From: Eledone cirrhosa
Taxonomy: Eukaryota
Assembly (NCBI GenBank): GCA_964016885.1
Contig: OZ024741.1
Location: forward strand, 193,006,001-193,070,000
Direction of reading: 5' to 3'
Length of the DNA stretch: 64,000 nucleotides
Part shown: piece after piece, positions 1 to 13,152 of the stretch
How the letters are laid out: every line of letters starts with the position of its first letter
Position numbering within the stretch: position 1 is the first letter of the stretch
Translations under genes and position numbers: made by a program
Notes under the pieces: generated by a model
Told to the model about the DNA's origin: nothing
What the model saw: only the letters and a program-made list of their open reading frames with translations
Databases searched by the model: none

Positions 1-1520
1 AGGCATAACGTGTCAACAAATCAACAATTCGGTCTTTGCCTGATCAAAACGGGCGCATGTTACTCGGATCCGAGCAGATGTGTGCAGTTTTTCAAAAGCA
101 CTTTGTTCAATTGTTCGGAAGCGGCGGCGGGCCGGATCAGTGTATGGACTTCGGTGCATACCTTAACGGACTGCCGCGGCTCTAGACGACCGCAAAGCAG
201 TGCTGCGAAAAGCCGATAACAGCAGGTGAAATACGGGAAGCGATGTCTGACTACACGAGGGGTAATAGACAACTTCAGGCCCATAAAGTTGCTAAAGGCA
301 GATTTCAAGATTTGGGCCAAGGGGTTAGTAAAGAGATTGTTGCTTGTCGTTGGTGATCTGGTGGGAGAGGCAAAGACATGCGCCAGTCCGGACCGATCCA
401 TTCACGACAAACTCCATCTCATGCGATACATCATAGAGGGGGTGATAATGGAACCTTGCACGGGTGGGACCATGATAAACTTGGATCAATCTAAAGCATT
501 TGATAGGGTCGACCATCAGTACCCGTCTGCGGTCCTCGAGGCGGCCGGCGTCAGGCCCGTTTTTAGCAGCTGGATCGCTGCGATGCACAGCGACATCTGC
601 TCGATTGTGAGGGTGAATGGTCACCTGTTGCAGCCTTTCAGCTTCATGCGCTCGGTTCGCCAGAGGTGTCCCCTTTCGTCCCTCTTGTACGTACTGGCCC
701 TCGAGCCATTGCTGTACAAATTGGAGACCATGAGAGGGGGGATCTCTCGTGAACTGGGATGTGGGAGCTCCGTGTCCGCTTACGCCAACGAAGTCACCAT
801 GGTGGTGTTGAGCACCAAACACGTCCAGATTCTCAGCACCGCTCTCAAGGAATACGAAGCGGTGACAGGAGCAAAGATAAACAAGGAAAGTCGGTGGGCA
901 TGCAGCTCGGCACGTGGAGATGCAAGTCCATGCTGCCCGACAGTTAAATTACTCGGAGTCTGGTTCGGTCCGGACCTCCAGATGGAGAAAAACTGGAGCG
1001 AGGTGACAAGCAGTGTGGCCTCTCTCACCCAGAAATGGGCCGAGAGGAAGCTGTCCCTGAAAGTTCGGGCAGAGGTGGTGAATACGTTCATCGCATCCGT
1101 CATCTGCTACCACCTAACCGTTGTGCCTTGCCCCGGCCCATCTCTGACAAAAATGGAGTGCCTCTTCTTGCGCTTTTTATGGAAAGAACGTGCTAACATG
1201 GTCAGACGATCCATCTGCTGTCAACACCCGTTGCCTGGAGCGTTGGGCATGCCGTGGATGAGGATGCGCAAACACGCGCTGAGGCTGCAACATCCCTGGT
1301 GCTTCCTTGACGGTGAACAGGTGTGCTCACCGTTTGCCAGAGGTGTTTTTCCCTTCCTTGTCTCATTAATGAAACTGCAGTCCTGGATCAGGAAAAGACC
1401 GAGGGATAGCGCTTGAAAGCTGGAATGTCTGCAAACGCTCACCTCACTCTACGAGCTGGGCACTGATATCGGTGGAACATCCACCTCGGCGTTCTCTAGA
1501 GGACTAGTAGAGGGGAAGAG
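1..1520 (+). mobile_element. Tx1/L1-clade LINE ORF2 fragment (RT domain), decayed, truncated at the window edge
   Basis: ORF 226-1416 has NFRPIKLL, LDQSKAFDRVDH, SVRQRCPLS and YANE (decayed YADD) RT motifs. Bases 1-250 are nearly the reverse complement of ~32450-32710. Confidence 0.9.
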
Positions 1521-1885
1521 CAAGTATAAGGACCTGGAGATAGACATTGGAAAAATGTTGGCATTGAGAACTAAAACAATACAAGTGGTTGTAGGTGCTT
1601 TAGGAATGATACCTAAGGGGTCTAATGATTACTTATCGAAATCCCAGGAAACCCGCGTATAGGAGAAATATAAAAGATACTACTAATGGGAACTGCCCAT
1701 ATACTAGGGAGGATTCTGTCAATATAAGCACATCTCAAGTCTAAACACCTAAAGATGCATGTGTGTGTATGTATGTTCTTTCTTAAACATGGCGGACCTT
1801 GTTGTCTCTTGAGGTCACTGGTTGTGACTTGGTGATAACTCGTATGAACATAAAGCAAGATAAATGCAACTGTAATAATAACAAC
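1521..1885 (+). mobile_element. 5'-truncated 3' end of an RLE-type (R4/HERO-like) non-LTR retrotransposon
   Basis: Translates KYKDLEIDIGKM..IQVVVGALG..LLMGTAHILGRILSI*, matching the C-terminus of the 26552-29944 element (YQDLKWE..IVIGALG..LLGTAGTLRYVLNI*). Ends in a taataataac tail. Confidence 0.8.
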
Positions 1886-3930
1886 GATTTTATTTATTGG
1901 CCACAAGGACTGACATCAATAAAAACATTACAGACGGCACAGGACGGTACAGGACGGTACGATGTGGGTTTTATGCGTGTAAAGATTTTTATTATTTATA
2001 TAAGATAAGAAATAAAAGACATAGAAACATGTATATATATAAACAATAAAAGTAAAAATTGAAACAATGAAAATTTCCCAAGAGGGGGGAAACCTCCGAG
2101 GGTTACTCGTGGCGAAAACCACACAAAAGACCACGGCCACCCTGACCACCAGGGCAAGCGCCCTCTCTCAATTTTTCCATTCCTCAAACTACAGACGTAT
2201 ATTCAGAGCGGTCCCGTTCACTCGGACCATTCTCGCTACATTCACCCACCTTTCAACAAACTTGCTAGAAGGTAGCACTTGCCTCTCCACCCTGATTTTC
2301 CTCTTCAAGTGAAATTTGAAAACGTTAATTAGGGATTAACCATTTCAACCTTGTCCACCACACAATCTCTTTCGCCATGGCCACCAGGCAGATGAAAACC
2401 ACCTGCCCTTCCTCCTCGAAGGAAGACGGCGAGACCATCTTCACAATAGACTCAGTCGATAACCGGATCGGTCCTACACGCGACAGCGACTGTTCGACAT
2501 AGCTCCACAAGTCAGCAATGCTCGGGCACTGAACGAGTGCGTGCACAACGGTTTCGTCGCTCTGCGCGCATCTCGGACAGGCTCGGCTGACGGCACTTCC
2601 GTGCCTGTAGAGCTTATCTCGAACCGGCAAGGCTTCCCGGTAGCACTGCAACGCCAGGGATTTTTGGAAGTTATCCATAGGCCCAGGGCTGAAAGTTCTC
2701 CGGAAGAGAGCAAACAGCTGATCTCTCCGAGAACGTCGTCGCTCTTCCCCTCCACTAGTCCTCTATAGAACGCCGGGGTCCCAGCTGGCAGAGGGCAGTG
2801 AGCGCCTGGAGACATTCCAGTTTACAAGCGCTATCCCTCTGTCTTTTTCTGACACGGGACTGCAGCTCCATCAAGGAGACGAGCTGTGGGAAAACGTGCC
2901 TGGCGAACGGCGACAACACCTGTTCACCATCAAGGAAGCACCAGAGATGTCGCAGCCTCAGCGCATGTTTGGGCATCAACAGCCATGGCATGCCCAGTCC
3001 TCCACGCAACGGGTGTTGACAGCAGATGGATCGTCTGACCATGGGAGCGCGTCCCTTTACAAAAGCGGAAGAGGAGGCCGTCCATTTTGGTGAGAGTTGG
3101 ACCGGGGCAAGGGTCGACGGTGAGGCGGTAGCAGATGACGGATGCGATGTACGCATTCGCCACCTCCGCCCGGCCTTTCAGGGACAGCTTCCTCTCGGCC
3201 CATTTCTGGGTGAGGGAACCACCTTGCCTGTCACTTCGTTCCGGTTTTTCTCCATCTGGAGGTCCGAGCAATTTAACCGGTCCGTCCGTCCAACGCCCCA
3301 CGACGCTGTCGGACGGCATGGAGTTGCCTCTCCAGGTGCCGAGCTGCAAGCCCACCGACTTTTCCTGGTTTATCTTTGCTCCTGTCACCGCTTCGTATTC
3401 CTTGAGAGCGGTGCCGAGCATCTGGACGTGTCTGGTGCTCGACACCACCACGGTGATGTCGTCGGATTTCCCGCATCCTAGTTCGCGTGGGACGCCTCTC
3501 ATCGCCCCCAGTTTGTGCAGTAACGGCTCGCGAGCCAATACGTACAAGAGGGACGAAAGGGGACAATCCTGGCGGCCTGAACGCATGTTGCTGAACGGTT
3601 GCGACAGGTGACCGTTCACCCTCACAACTGAGCAGATGTCGCTGTACATCCCTGCGATCCAAACCCTGAAAACGGGCCCGAAATTGGCTGCCTCGGTGAC
3701 CGTCGCCAGGTACCGATGGTCGACCCTATCGAATGCTTTGGATTGATCCAAGTTGATCAGGGCCCCACCCGTGCCAGGTTCCTCAATCACCCTCTCTATG
3801 ATGTATCGCATGAGGTGAAGGTTGTCGTGTATGGATCTGTCCGAAATGGCGTATGTCTGCGCCTCTCCCACCAGACCCTTGACGACAAGCGCCAACCTCG
3901 TTGCTAACACCTTGGCCAAAATCTTTAACA
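1886..3930 (-). mobile_element. Tx1/L1-clade LINE, 5'-truncated (RT, CCHC C-terminus, 3'UTR)
   Basis: ORFs 2930-3931 (LDQSKAFDRVDH) and 2325-2678 (CPRCAQSDETVVHALVQC). AATAAA-containing 3' end at ~1890. Frameshifts and an internal deletion near 2780. Confidence 0.92.
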
Positions 3931-6900
3931 AGGGCTGACATCAAGAAAAACATTACGGACGGCACAGAACAGTACAAGACGATACAAAGTGGGTTTTGGT
4001 CGGGTAAACAGGTTATAACAAAATCGGGCTAGAAATCCAAAAAAATTGAAACAACAAAAATTCCCCAAGAAGGGGGAAACCTCCGAGTGTCACTCGTGGT
4101 GAAAACCACACAAAAGACCACGGCGACCCTGACCAACAGGCCAAGCGCCCTCTCTCACTTTTTCCACTCCTCTGTCTACAGGCGTATACTCAGAGCGGGC
4201 CCTTTCACTCAGACCAGACTCGCTACATTCACTCACCTTTCAACAAACTGACTAAAAGACAACACTTGCCTCTCCACCCTGATTTTCCTCTTCAAGTGAA
4301 ACTTGAGAAAGTTAATCAGGGATTGGCCAGAGAGGAAAGTGTCTGTCTTTAACCCTTTCAACCTAGTCTACCACACAATCTCTTTCGCCATGGCCACCAG
4401 GCAGATGAAAACCAACTGCCCTTCCTCCTCGAAGGAAGACGGCGAGAACATCTGCACAATGCACTCAGTCGATAACCGGATCGGTCCTACACGCGACAGC
4501 AACTGTTCGACATAGCTCCACAAGTCAGCAATGCTCGGGAACTGAACGAGTGCGAGAAGGACGGTTTCATCGCCCTGCGCGCATCTCGGACAGGCTCGGA
4601 TGACAGCACCTCCATGCCTGTAGAGCTTATCCCGAACCGGCAACGCTCCCCGGCAGCACTGCCAGGCCACTGATTTCTGGAAGTTGTCCATAGGTCCCGG
4701 GTTGAAAGTTCTTTTGAAGAGAGTGAACAGCTGATGGTGTTCGACGCCCAGGGTCTCCCTGAGAACGTCGTCGCTCTTTCCCTCCACTAGCCCTCTATAG
4801 AACGCCGAGGTAGATGTTCCACCGATACTAGTGTCCAGTCGGTAGAGGGCTGTGAGCGCTTTGCGACATTCCAGCTTCCAAGCGCTATCCCTCAGTCTTT
4901 TCTTGATCCAGGACTGCAGCTCCGTCAAGGAGACGAGCTGGGGGAAAGCGGGTCTGGCAAACGGCGACCACACCTGTTCACCGTCAAGGAAGCACCAGAG
5001 ATGTCGCAGACTCAGCGCATGTTTGCTCATCATCAGCCACGGCATGCCTAGTCCCCCACGCAACGGGTGTTGACAGCAAATGGATCGTCTGACCATGGGA
5101 GCACGTCCCTTCCACAAAAAGCGGAAGAGAAGGCGCTCCATTTTGGTCAGAGTTGGTACGATGGTCAGGCGGTAGCAGATGACGGACGGTATGAATGCAT
5201 TCGCCACAGCCTCCCCTCGGCCCGTTTATGGGTGGGAGACGCCATCCTGCTCGTCACCTCGCTCCAGTTTTTCTCCATCTGGAGGTCCGGCCGAAGCAGA
5301 CCCCGAACAATTTAACCGGTCCTTCTGTCCAGCGCCTCACGACGCTGTCGGGCGGCATGGACTTGTCTCTCCAGGTGCCGAGTTGCAAGCCCACCCACTT
5401 TTCATGGTTTATCCTTGCTCCTGTCACCGCTTCGTATACCTTGAGAGCGGTCCCGAGCAATTGGACGTGTTTGGTGCTCGTCAATACCACGGTGACGTCG
5501 TCGCAGTAATCTGACACGGATCTCCCGCATCCCAGTTCGCGAGAGACCCCCACATCGTCTACAATTTGTGTAGTAACGGCTCTAGGGACAGTAGGTACAG
5601 GAGGGACGAGAGGGGGAAACTCTGGCGGACCGAGCGCATAATGCTGAAAGGTTGCGACAGGTGACAATTCACCCTCACAATCGAGCAGACGTCGCTGTGC
5701 ATCGCAGCGATCCAGCCCCTAAAAACGGGGCCGAAGCCGGCCGCCTCGATGACCGCAACCAGGTACTGATGGTCGACCTTATCAAATGCTTTAGATTGAT
5801 CCAAGTTGATCAGGACCTCAGTCTTGCCAGGTTCCTTAACCACGCTCTCTATGATGTATCGCATGATATGGAGGTTGTCGTGGATGGATCTTTCCAGGAT
5901 GGCGCATGTCTGTGCCCCTCCCACCAGGTCACCGACGACAAGCATCAATCTCTTTGCTAACACCTTGACCAAAATCTTGAACTCTGCGATTAGCAGTCTT
6001 ATGGGCCTGAAGTTGTTTATAACGTCCCCCTTGTTTGGGTTTTTTCTCAGCAGCACCACCGCTCCCCGGCTCACAAAACTGGGAATGCTCCCGTTCTGCT
6101 GCCAAGAGGTCGCCCAACAAGTCTGGCATGTACGCATAAAGGTCGTAGGGCAGATCATCCAAACCTGCCGTTTTACCCCTCGTGCAGTCAGACATCGCTT
6201 CCCGTATTTCACCTGCTGTTATCGGCTTTTCGCAGCACTGCGCTGCGGTCGTCGAGAGCCGCGGCAGTCCGTCGAGTTATGCACCGAAGTCCATACTCCG
6301 ATCTTGCCCACCGCCGCTTCCGAACAATTGATCAAAGTGCTGTTGAAAGTTCGAGCAACATGCGCCCGTTTTGATCAGGCAAAGACTGAATTGTGGACTT
6401 GGGGCCACGTCACGCCTCCACCACCCGGGCCCATTGAACGGCTTTCGTCCCTTCCTATCTTACAGCACGCGTTTTAGCTCTGACAACACAGCCTTCATGC
6501 TTTGCGTTTAAGAATTGGTCGAGTGCCAATCTCACCGCAAGCAGCACGTCGGTTGCGATGCCTGTCCTAAACGCCTCTTCTAGCTTTCTAACTAACTATC
6601 CCTCTACTCTATTTTCCTCTATCACTACTCCTTTTCTAAACCTTATCGATTCTACTCTAATTGACCTTTTAAGGGTAAACCACCACCTGTTGTTGACGAT
6701 CGCACCCCTCAACGCACGCTTAACTAATACGCTAACCTGGTCTCTGTAAGCTTTGCGTGCTGGGAACGACGCGTTCAGTTTCCAGTAACCGGGCCCTTGC
6801 CTATGGAGTATATCTAAGTCAACTTCACTGATCACAAATGTGTGGTCCGTGTAGTCGACTACTTTAAATTGTGGACAACCTACACTAGCCTTATCTGTTT

Positions 6901-9350
6901 CCCTACAGAATACCCTATCTAGATACGATCTGGATGACCCAATGCGGTTTGCCCATGTCCACATTGGCACATTTGGATAATCCAGTCGATACCTGTCAGA
7001 CAGTTCAAAAGGTTTGAGCAGGTTATTGAGGCTTTTACACCCTCCTCCTCTGTCTACTAGTCCCACATAATCCCAGCGTGCATCTAAGATTCCGTACCAG
7101 TCGCCCAGTAATACTAAAGAGCGGGACGTCCCAAGAAAGGTCTCTAGACGTCTGAAGAAATCTGACCGTCCTGCCTCTGTTGGGGCGTAGACGGCTACTA
7201 GCCTGAAAGCATTGCCTTCTCTGCCGGTCACGTCCAGCACCACTGACTTACCTTCTGGGTCCAGGAAGATGGCCCGTATGGCGTGTTCAAGACTCTCGGA
7301 AAAAGCACAGAAACCCCTCTGGACGATCCTGGACGGCTGGGAGATGCGTATACATCGTAGCCGGTGCGAAGTTCGTGCTTCGGAGATTCTGGTCTCGCTG
7401 ATGGCCCCACATCTATGTTTAGTGACCTGGGGTCGTTGAGCAGGAGACCCTGCTCCCAAGATGACCCCAGTCCACGTACATTTATACTGACTATTCTAAG
7501 TCCGGCCATGTTTGATGAGAAACGGTGTAAGTGATCAAGGATCACTTACCTTGATCGTGTGGTGAAGGGACAATAGAACCGTCCCTTTGGCTGGTCATGG
7601 GTAATGTCGGTGTATATCCTCTTGGTAACTGACCCTCTGAAGTCTCCAACTGCGTTGGGGAATTTTTGCTTTAAAAGTTTCTAATGTTCTATTGAGATTT
7701 CAATGAAGCTTATGTTTATCGTGAGAGTTATTGGTGTTGGTGGGGTGTAGTAATTTTTATTGTGATGTCTGTGTGCAGCTTTATGTGTTGTAGTTCTTTA
7801 TTTGCCATGTTTATGGCTGTGTAATTTTTGGGGGAGGGGCGATTTTGTTGTTTTCTTGTTGTTGCTGTCGGGTGTGTGTGTTTTGTTGTGTTTGCGATGT
7901 TGGTGTTTTTTGTGATGGTGGTGGTGGTGGTGTGGTTGTTGTTGGTGGTGATGCTTGTAGTTATGATAGTGTGGTGGTGGTGTTGCTGCAAGTCTATTTG
8001 CAGCCTTTACCCCTCTTTGTCTGCCTTCGCTTTTGGAGGGTGAAATAAGTTGTTTTTTTTTGTTTTTTTTGTGGCAGACCGTTTGCTACTTTACTCCCGC
8101 CTCACACTCCATGTCGGGCCCCGCGGCGTCCGGGAGGGGCATGAGATCCACTGCTGTTGATGGTGGCAGTGGAGGCCGCTCCAACGATTTTACCGCCGGC
8201 GTAGCTGCTGCGACTGTTGGTGTTGCCGCCACTGCTGCCGCTGCTTTAATTGTCCGTGGCCTTGGTATCGGTGCCACGGACGTTACCACCCTACTCACCA
8301 TGGAAGGGTCTTCTGCCTATGTTGCCTGCCCTGTTCTTGGTAGCAGCGAATCAGGCGTCGGAAGGACGGCGACCCTCTTCTTGGATGTCCTCTGCGGGCA
8401 GAAGGCTCTGAGGTGACCCTTCTGCCCACAGAGGTAGCACTTTGGGCGCCTTCCTTGCACGCTTATAAGGAGATGGAGCCCTTCTTCGAGGTCTATGAGG
8501 TCTGGGATGGCCTCGATGCACTCCCGGTCAGTCTGTATTAACATTTGCATGCCTATTCCTGACCAGTTCTCTCTTCCCATTCTCTGTATTGTGGTCTTCT
8601 CCTCGATTCCAGCCAGTACAGACGAAGTCAGCCAAGGTATGGGCACGTCGGGCGGGACCTGGGTCCCTTTGACACTAACAATTTTATGCCCGAAGTAGGA
8701 GGGCACCAAGACTATCTTCACACTCTTTAGGGCTTCCAAAGTATGAGACTTCGCCCCTTGGTGGGTGGCGAAAAGTACGTCTACTGTGGCGTACTTTTTG
8801 CCTCGGGTGATGTGGGTTTTGCGCATCCTGTCGCACCCTAAGGCATTTTGGATTTGAGCCTCCGTGGCTCTCTCAACCCGATGTGACATTTTGCTTACGG
8901 TTCTGTAAGTTACCGTGCGCAGCCGCTGGTCTTTGAAGAAATAGGGTGGAGGACTCAGGAAAACTCTATTGTCGTTTCTCGACACCATGGCTTTTGTGAC
9001 TGCCATCTCCTCTGCCGTGACTAGCACTGTTTCTATATTTCGGGCCACACCTGCGAAAGAAGTGGCCCCTTTTTCAGCGGCACCATTATTATTGCTGCTA
9101 CTGCTGCTACTGGTCTTGTTGATGCTATTACTGTTGCTACTGCTACAAACGTTATTGTTGGTGTTGTTGCTGTTATCATGGTTGTAGTTGGTTGTGTTTT
9201 TGGTGCCACCGTTGTTGTTGTTTTCGGTGCAATTTGTATTGTTGCTGTTGGTGTTGTCGTTATTTATTTTCTTGTTAGTGGTGTTAATATCGTTGTTGCA
9301 TTTGTCATTTTTTTTCTTTTCTCTGTATTTTGGTAAAAGATTTGGGTAAG
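3929..9350 (-). mobile_element. Near full-length decayed Tx1/L1-clade LINE (ORF1 + ORF2)
   Basis: ORF1 remnant 7542-9360, ORF2 remnant ~4180-7509 and 3'UTR 3930-4180, colinear with the other copies. Confidence 0.92.
4178..7509 (-). pseudogene. LINE ORF2 (APE endonuclease, RT, CCHC), multiply frameshifted
   Basis: MAGLRIVSINVRGL start; AVYAP, LGDW, SYLDRV and TDH endonuclease motifs; LDQSKAFDKVDH and YCDD RT motifs; CPRC..HA-like C-terminus. Split over several ORF-track pieces. Confidence 0.9.
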
Positions 9351-9360
9351 TGGACGCCAT
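7542..9360 (-). pseudogene. Tx1-type ORF1 (Asn-rich N-terminus, SFAGV motif, CX2CX4HX4C zinc knuckle)
   Basis: ORF 8317-9360 contains CYLCGQKGHLRAFC and continues past a premature stop into a Pro/Thr/Lys-rich tail. The ATG at 9360 may be a junction artefact. Confidence 0.85.
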
Positions 9361-10185
9361 CTTTGCAACACAAAAAGAAGCCAGAGTACATGTTCTAGCA
9401 CCAATAAAAAGCGATGTGCCATCTTATTGTGGCCTAAGATTGGCGATGGTCAAAGTGACCCATGTTCCGCCTACAATAGGCATTCAGTTGCTATTGACAG
9501 TTATCCCCATGGACGTTGAAGAAAACACACGAATGTTAGACGTCCAGAAAATTAAACAAAAACTGGCCTTGACCGGGGATAGAGCTACTCATCCAAGTGA
9601 ACCAGAAAAACATCGAGACTCTCCCCGATATAAAAGACCGACCTTGTAGAGGACATAGACATTCCCGTGAACGTAGAGAGCAGAAAGCCAAAGTGTCACA
9701 CATGTGAAAACCTCATCTTAAGGCTTTCTGCCCACAACAGACGACAAAGAAGACAAAGCCTTTTCTCTTTCCAACACAAAATACACGAAAAAATAAACAA
9801 GCGGCAACAATAAGCAAAACAACAGCAGAAGCAACAGGAAGGGACCCAAAAGCTAACAGGACGCCACAGAAAACAACAGCAGACACACCGACGCCAGCAA
9901 GTGACATGAATGTATTCGAGGTCACACAGTTGGACATGGATTGTGACTAGGATGAGAACTAATAAACTGTATGCCGCAAAGAGAAAACAAAATATCCCGG
10001 ACTTCACCCGCAAATGAATGAGAGCGACAGAGAGAAAAATCTAAAGCCGTGAAGCAATCAATGCCAGCCCCTACACCAACTCCACTATAACACCCCCAAA
10101 ACCACCACCACCGCCACCATCAACACAACAATAGACACCAACAACAACCCAAACACAACCAAACGCTCATCCGCAACAACAAATG
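9352..10185 (+). mobile_element. Diverged Tx1 ORF1 fragment, head-to-head with the preceding copy
   Basis: DAIFATQKEA..VPSYCGLRL..VKVTHVPP and RKPKCHTCENLILRLS/HLKAFCP-like segments are homologous to ORF1 of the other copies. Confidence 0.75.
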
Positions 10186-10343
10186 CAAAAACCCATCTCA
10201 TTTTATGTTACATTAAATGTTTTTGTATCATTTCTTGTTATTTTGTCCAAATACTTCAAATACCACCAATACATCGTTATCTGTTTTGACATAATTATTC
10301 CCAGTAGATATTTAGTAGCCAGACTTTATATATATATATATAT

Positions 10344-10568
10344 AGTAATAATAATAAATGTGAAGACTAAAATCGAAAGAGGGCTCGATAAGGATAAATA
10401 TATATAAATATATAAGAACCATAGAGCATTTATTAAAATAACAGATTAAAGTTTAAGCAAAGAATCGGTGCTTTCACCCTTAACGGGATATTCTGAAACT
10501 CAGAGTTTCAGAAGATCCCGTTATGGGTGAAAGCAGCGATTCTTTGCGTAAATTTTAATCTGTTATTT
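10344..10568. repeat. Fold-back PLE pseudo-LTR derivative with degenerate hammerhead-like arms
   Basis: Inverted arms ~10437-10500 and 10503-10567 centred on aaactc-a-gagttt, flanked by (TA)n and (CA)n. The core reads cagaaga-tccc..ggg-t-gaaa, a mutated CTGANGA. Confidence 0.6.
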
Positions 10569-10579
10569 ATACACACACA

Positions 10580-10676
<97 letters not shown>

Positions 10677-10814
10677 GATAGATTACTTGTATTTCTTTCC
10701 TACATAATTTGCACGAGTATGACGTCACACCCCTCCAACTGAATTCCTTCGAGATTCTTATTTCCACAGTTATTTCCAACACATTAATATTAGAACAAGA
10801 TTTAGTGGAATCTA

Positions 10815-10862
10815 TAATTGTTTCTACTTTTGGCACAAGGCCAGCAATTACCCAGTACATTA
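10815..10862 (-). mobile_element. 5'-truncated SINE 3' end with 17-bp TSD
   Basis: SINE tail flanked by the direct repeat ttagtggaatctataat (10802-10818 and 10860-10876). Confidence 0.85.
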
Positions 10863-11404
10863 GTGGAATCTATAATACAGCTTAAACATCCATAAATTAT
10901 ATATCTATTAATTTCATTCAGTAGACTTCATTCTTTATACTAGAAAATAAGATTTATATGACTTCACTTTCAATCTTTTATTGAATTTTATTTTAAGATT
11001 CTACCAGATTTATTTCTATCTGTCATTCAACTTTTCCCCGTTTATTCTGGTTACATCCCCAAATTTCGTCTCGTCTCTATCATCAATCATTACATCTTCT
11101 GATACTCATTTACCATAACGATAACTTTGTCTATTATCTCTGTCTTACTAATACTACATATTCATTCACATCATATCATTGCCGTATAACATGCTACTTG
11201 CTATTTTAACTTTTATTTTCTGCTATATACTCTTGACATTTCTGTTTCCAAATTATCTTGTCATAAATAACCATTTAGATGTCTGTCAATCAGGAGATTG
11301 TCTCTAAGGTATATATATATTAATGAGCAAATCGCACCTGTCGTCTCTAGATGTGCTCTGCTCTATCGGACTGTATTCAAGGAGAAAACCCCCACCCCCA
11401 CCAC

Positions 11405-11405
11405 C

Positions 11406-11452
<47 letters not shown>

Positions 11453-11472
11453 CTGCGACAACAACAACAACA
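11405..11472. repeat. (AAC)n microsatellite
   Basis: Direct inspection. Confidence 0.95.
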
Positions 11473-11843
11473 TCGACAGAAACAACACAAGCCAACGAGA
11501 GAACTACCACGCGGATTCGAAACCTGCTAGAAATGTCAGTTAACTCGCCTTCAGAATCAGACACTACTATATTTTTAAAAGAAATGCACACTAGATAATG
11601 TTAGTGCCTACAATGTCTGCATAAAAGGTGGACCTGTCAAAGCAAGTGCACTCATCATGATTAAGAATACTTAAACAACTACAGAAACTCCAAAAGCAAC
11701 AATACTACAGCTTATTACGTAAGCTATAAATAAGCGGACAACAGTCGCTCAAGGATGCAGATTGTCTTTATTCTGCCGTCAACATCTGAGTACTTCAACA
11801 TTTCTTTTCAAATTACCGTTTGAACTTTTAAGGAAGTAAAGAA

Positions 11844-12032
11844 GTGGTGGCTTGGCAGTATCGGTAGAGGGTCGGACGCCATGCTTTCCAGCATAGTTAC
11901 GTCCCTTTGCGGTCTGAGTTCAAATCCCACCGAGGTTAACTTTGCCTTTCATCCTTACGGGGGTCGATAAAATAAAGTACCAGTAATGCACTGGGTAATT
12001 GATGGCCTTGTGCCTAAAGTAGAAACAATTAT
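11844..12032 (+). mobile_element. tRNA-derived SINE (~190 bp), full-length
   Basis: Box A-like TGGCAGTATCGG, box B GTTCAAATCC, core gcctttcatccttacggggtcgataaaataaagtaccag, tail agaaacaatt. About 15 copies in the window. Confidence 0.9.
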
Positions 12033-12127
12033 ATATCTTAATGAAGACCTATTTTTTTCTTTAAATAAACCTACAAGAAAATGCATAATGCGTTTATATT
12101 TCACGAGGCTGCTGTTGCTGCTTCTGC

Positions 12128-12160
<33 letters not shown>

Positions 12161-12170
12161 TGATGATGAT

Positions 12171-12303
12171 GGGAACAACAAGAACCCTCCGATACGTCCT
12201 GAATATCTGAGGCTGCAGGTAGCGGCCTGATATTCATTTCAACAAACTTACCAGTTAAATAACATCAATGACTAAGATTCAAAGAACAATAATAATAATA
12301 ATT
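12171..12303 (+). mobile_element. Extreme 3' end of the R4/Dong-like element inserted in (TAA)n
   Basis: Close match to 29905-30040 (GT..TLRYVLNI* plus 3'UTR). Preceded by (TAA)n/(TGA)n and followed by (TAA)n. Confidence 0.9.
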
Positions 12304-12390
12304 GTTTCTACTTTTGGCACAAGGCCAGCAATTACCCAGTACATTACTGGTACTTTATTTTATCGACCCCGTAAGGATGAAAGGCAAAGT

Positions 12391-12393
<3 letters not shown>
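12299..12393 (-). mobile_element. 5'-truncated SINE inserted tail-to-tail in the (TAA)n tail of the Dong fragment
   Basis: Reverse complement of the SINE 3' half. Confidence 0.85.
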
Positions 12394-12434
<41 letters not shown>

Positions 12435-12436
<2 letters not shown>

Positions 12437-12977
12437 CGAAGGGATTGTGGTAAGGAACCAGATGGACCATCACGCACCATAGTACTCAATACTTAGGGTA
12501 GTAGAGTGGGAAATAGGAAAATGCATGACCCCGACGGCAGAGCTCTTTAGTGACTGGGGATTCTTTTCTTTGTTTTTTGTGCCTCTCCTTTGTTCTGTCC
12601 TATGCCATCTGGTTTTTGTGTGTGTGTTGTGTGCTTAGTTTGCGCATGTGTTACATCCGGGTGTCTGTGTGTGTTTATAAACACACATGCGTAAACTAAG
12701 CACACAACGCACACACAAAAACAAGATGGCATAGGACAGAACAAAGGAGAGGCACAAAAAACAAAGAAAAGAATCCCCAGTCACTGAAGACATCACATAA
12801 TGTGTGACGAAAGAACTTTGACAATATATAAACAACCATCTGGTTGTGGAACCAACCAACCAACCGGAAATTTATAAATTCCTAAATTTATAAATTTATT
12901 ATAATAAATTGAAGTGTAAGCAACAGGTGCGTGTGTTTCTTATTGGCAACATGACCCTCCCAAAGTATAACAATATA

Positions 12978-13039
<62 letters not shown>

Positions 13040-13152
13040 AATATGTATGACCACCCCAGAGCTCAAGCCCCTTTCGACGGCGATTTCTGGACTCAGAAAT
13101 AGCCTTCGAAACGGCTTGAGCTCTGCCGTCGGGGTCATGCATTTTCCTATTA
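12435..13152. mobile_element. Nested PLE pseudo-LTR fragments in (TA)n, including fold-backs at 12549-12785 and 13059-13123
   Basis: 12549-12975 is homologous to 56811-57100 and 57345-57475 (terminal region of the 57-59 kb PLE). 12435-12546 and 13095-13152 are homologous to 43103-43243. Confidence 0.75.
12780..12822 (+). ncRNA. Type I hammerhead ribozyme motif (minimal, CUU site)
   Basis: Stem I gtca/tgac, CTGAAGA, stem II tcaca..tgtga, GAAA, short stem III A-gaac-T, then T. Confidence 0.65.

Noticed and set aside
11298-11598. ORFs with poly-Thr/Asn (mucin-like exon?)
   Set aside because: Openness is explained by the (AAC)n tract. No recognisable domain and no convincing splice pair.
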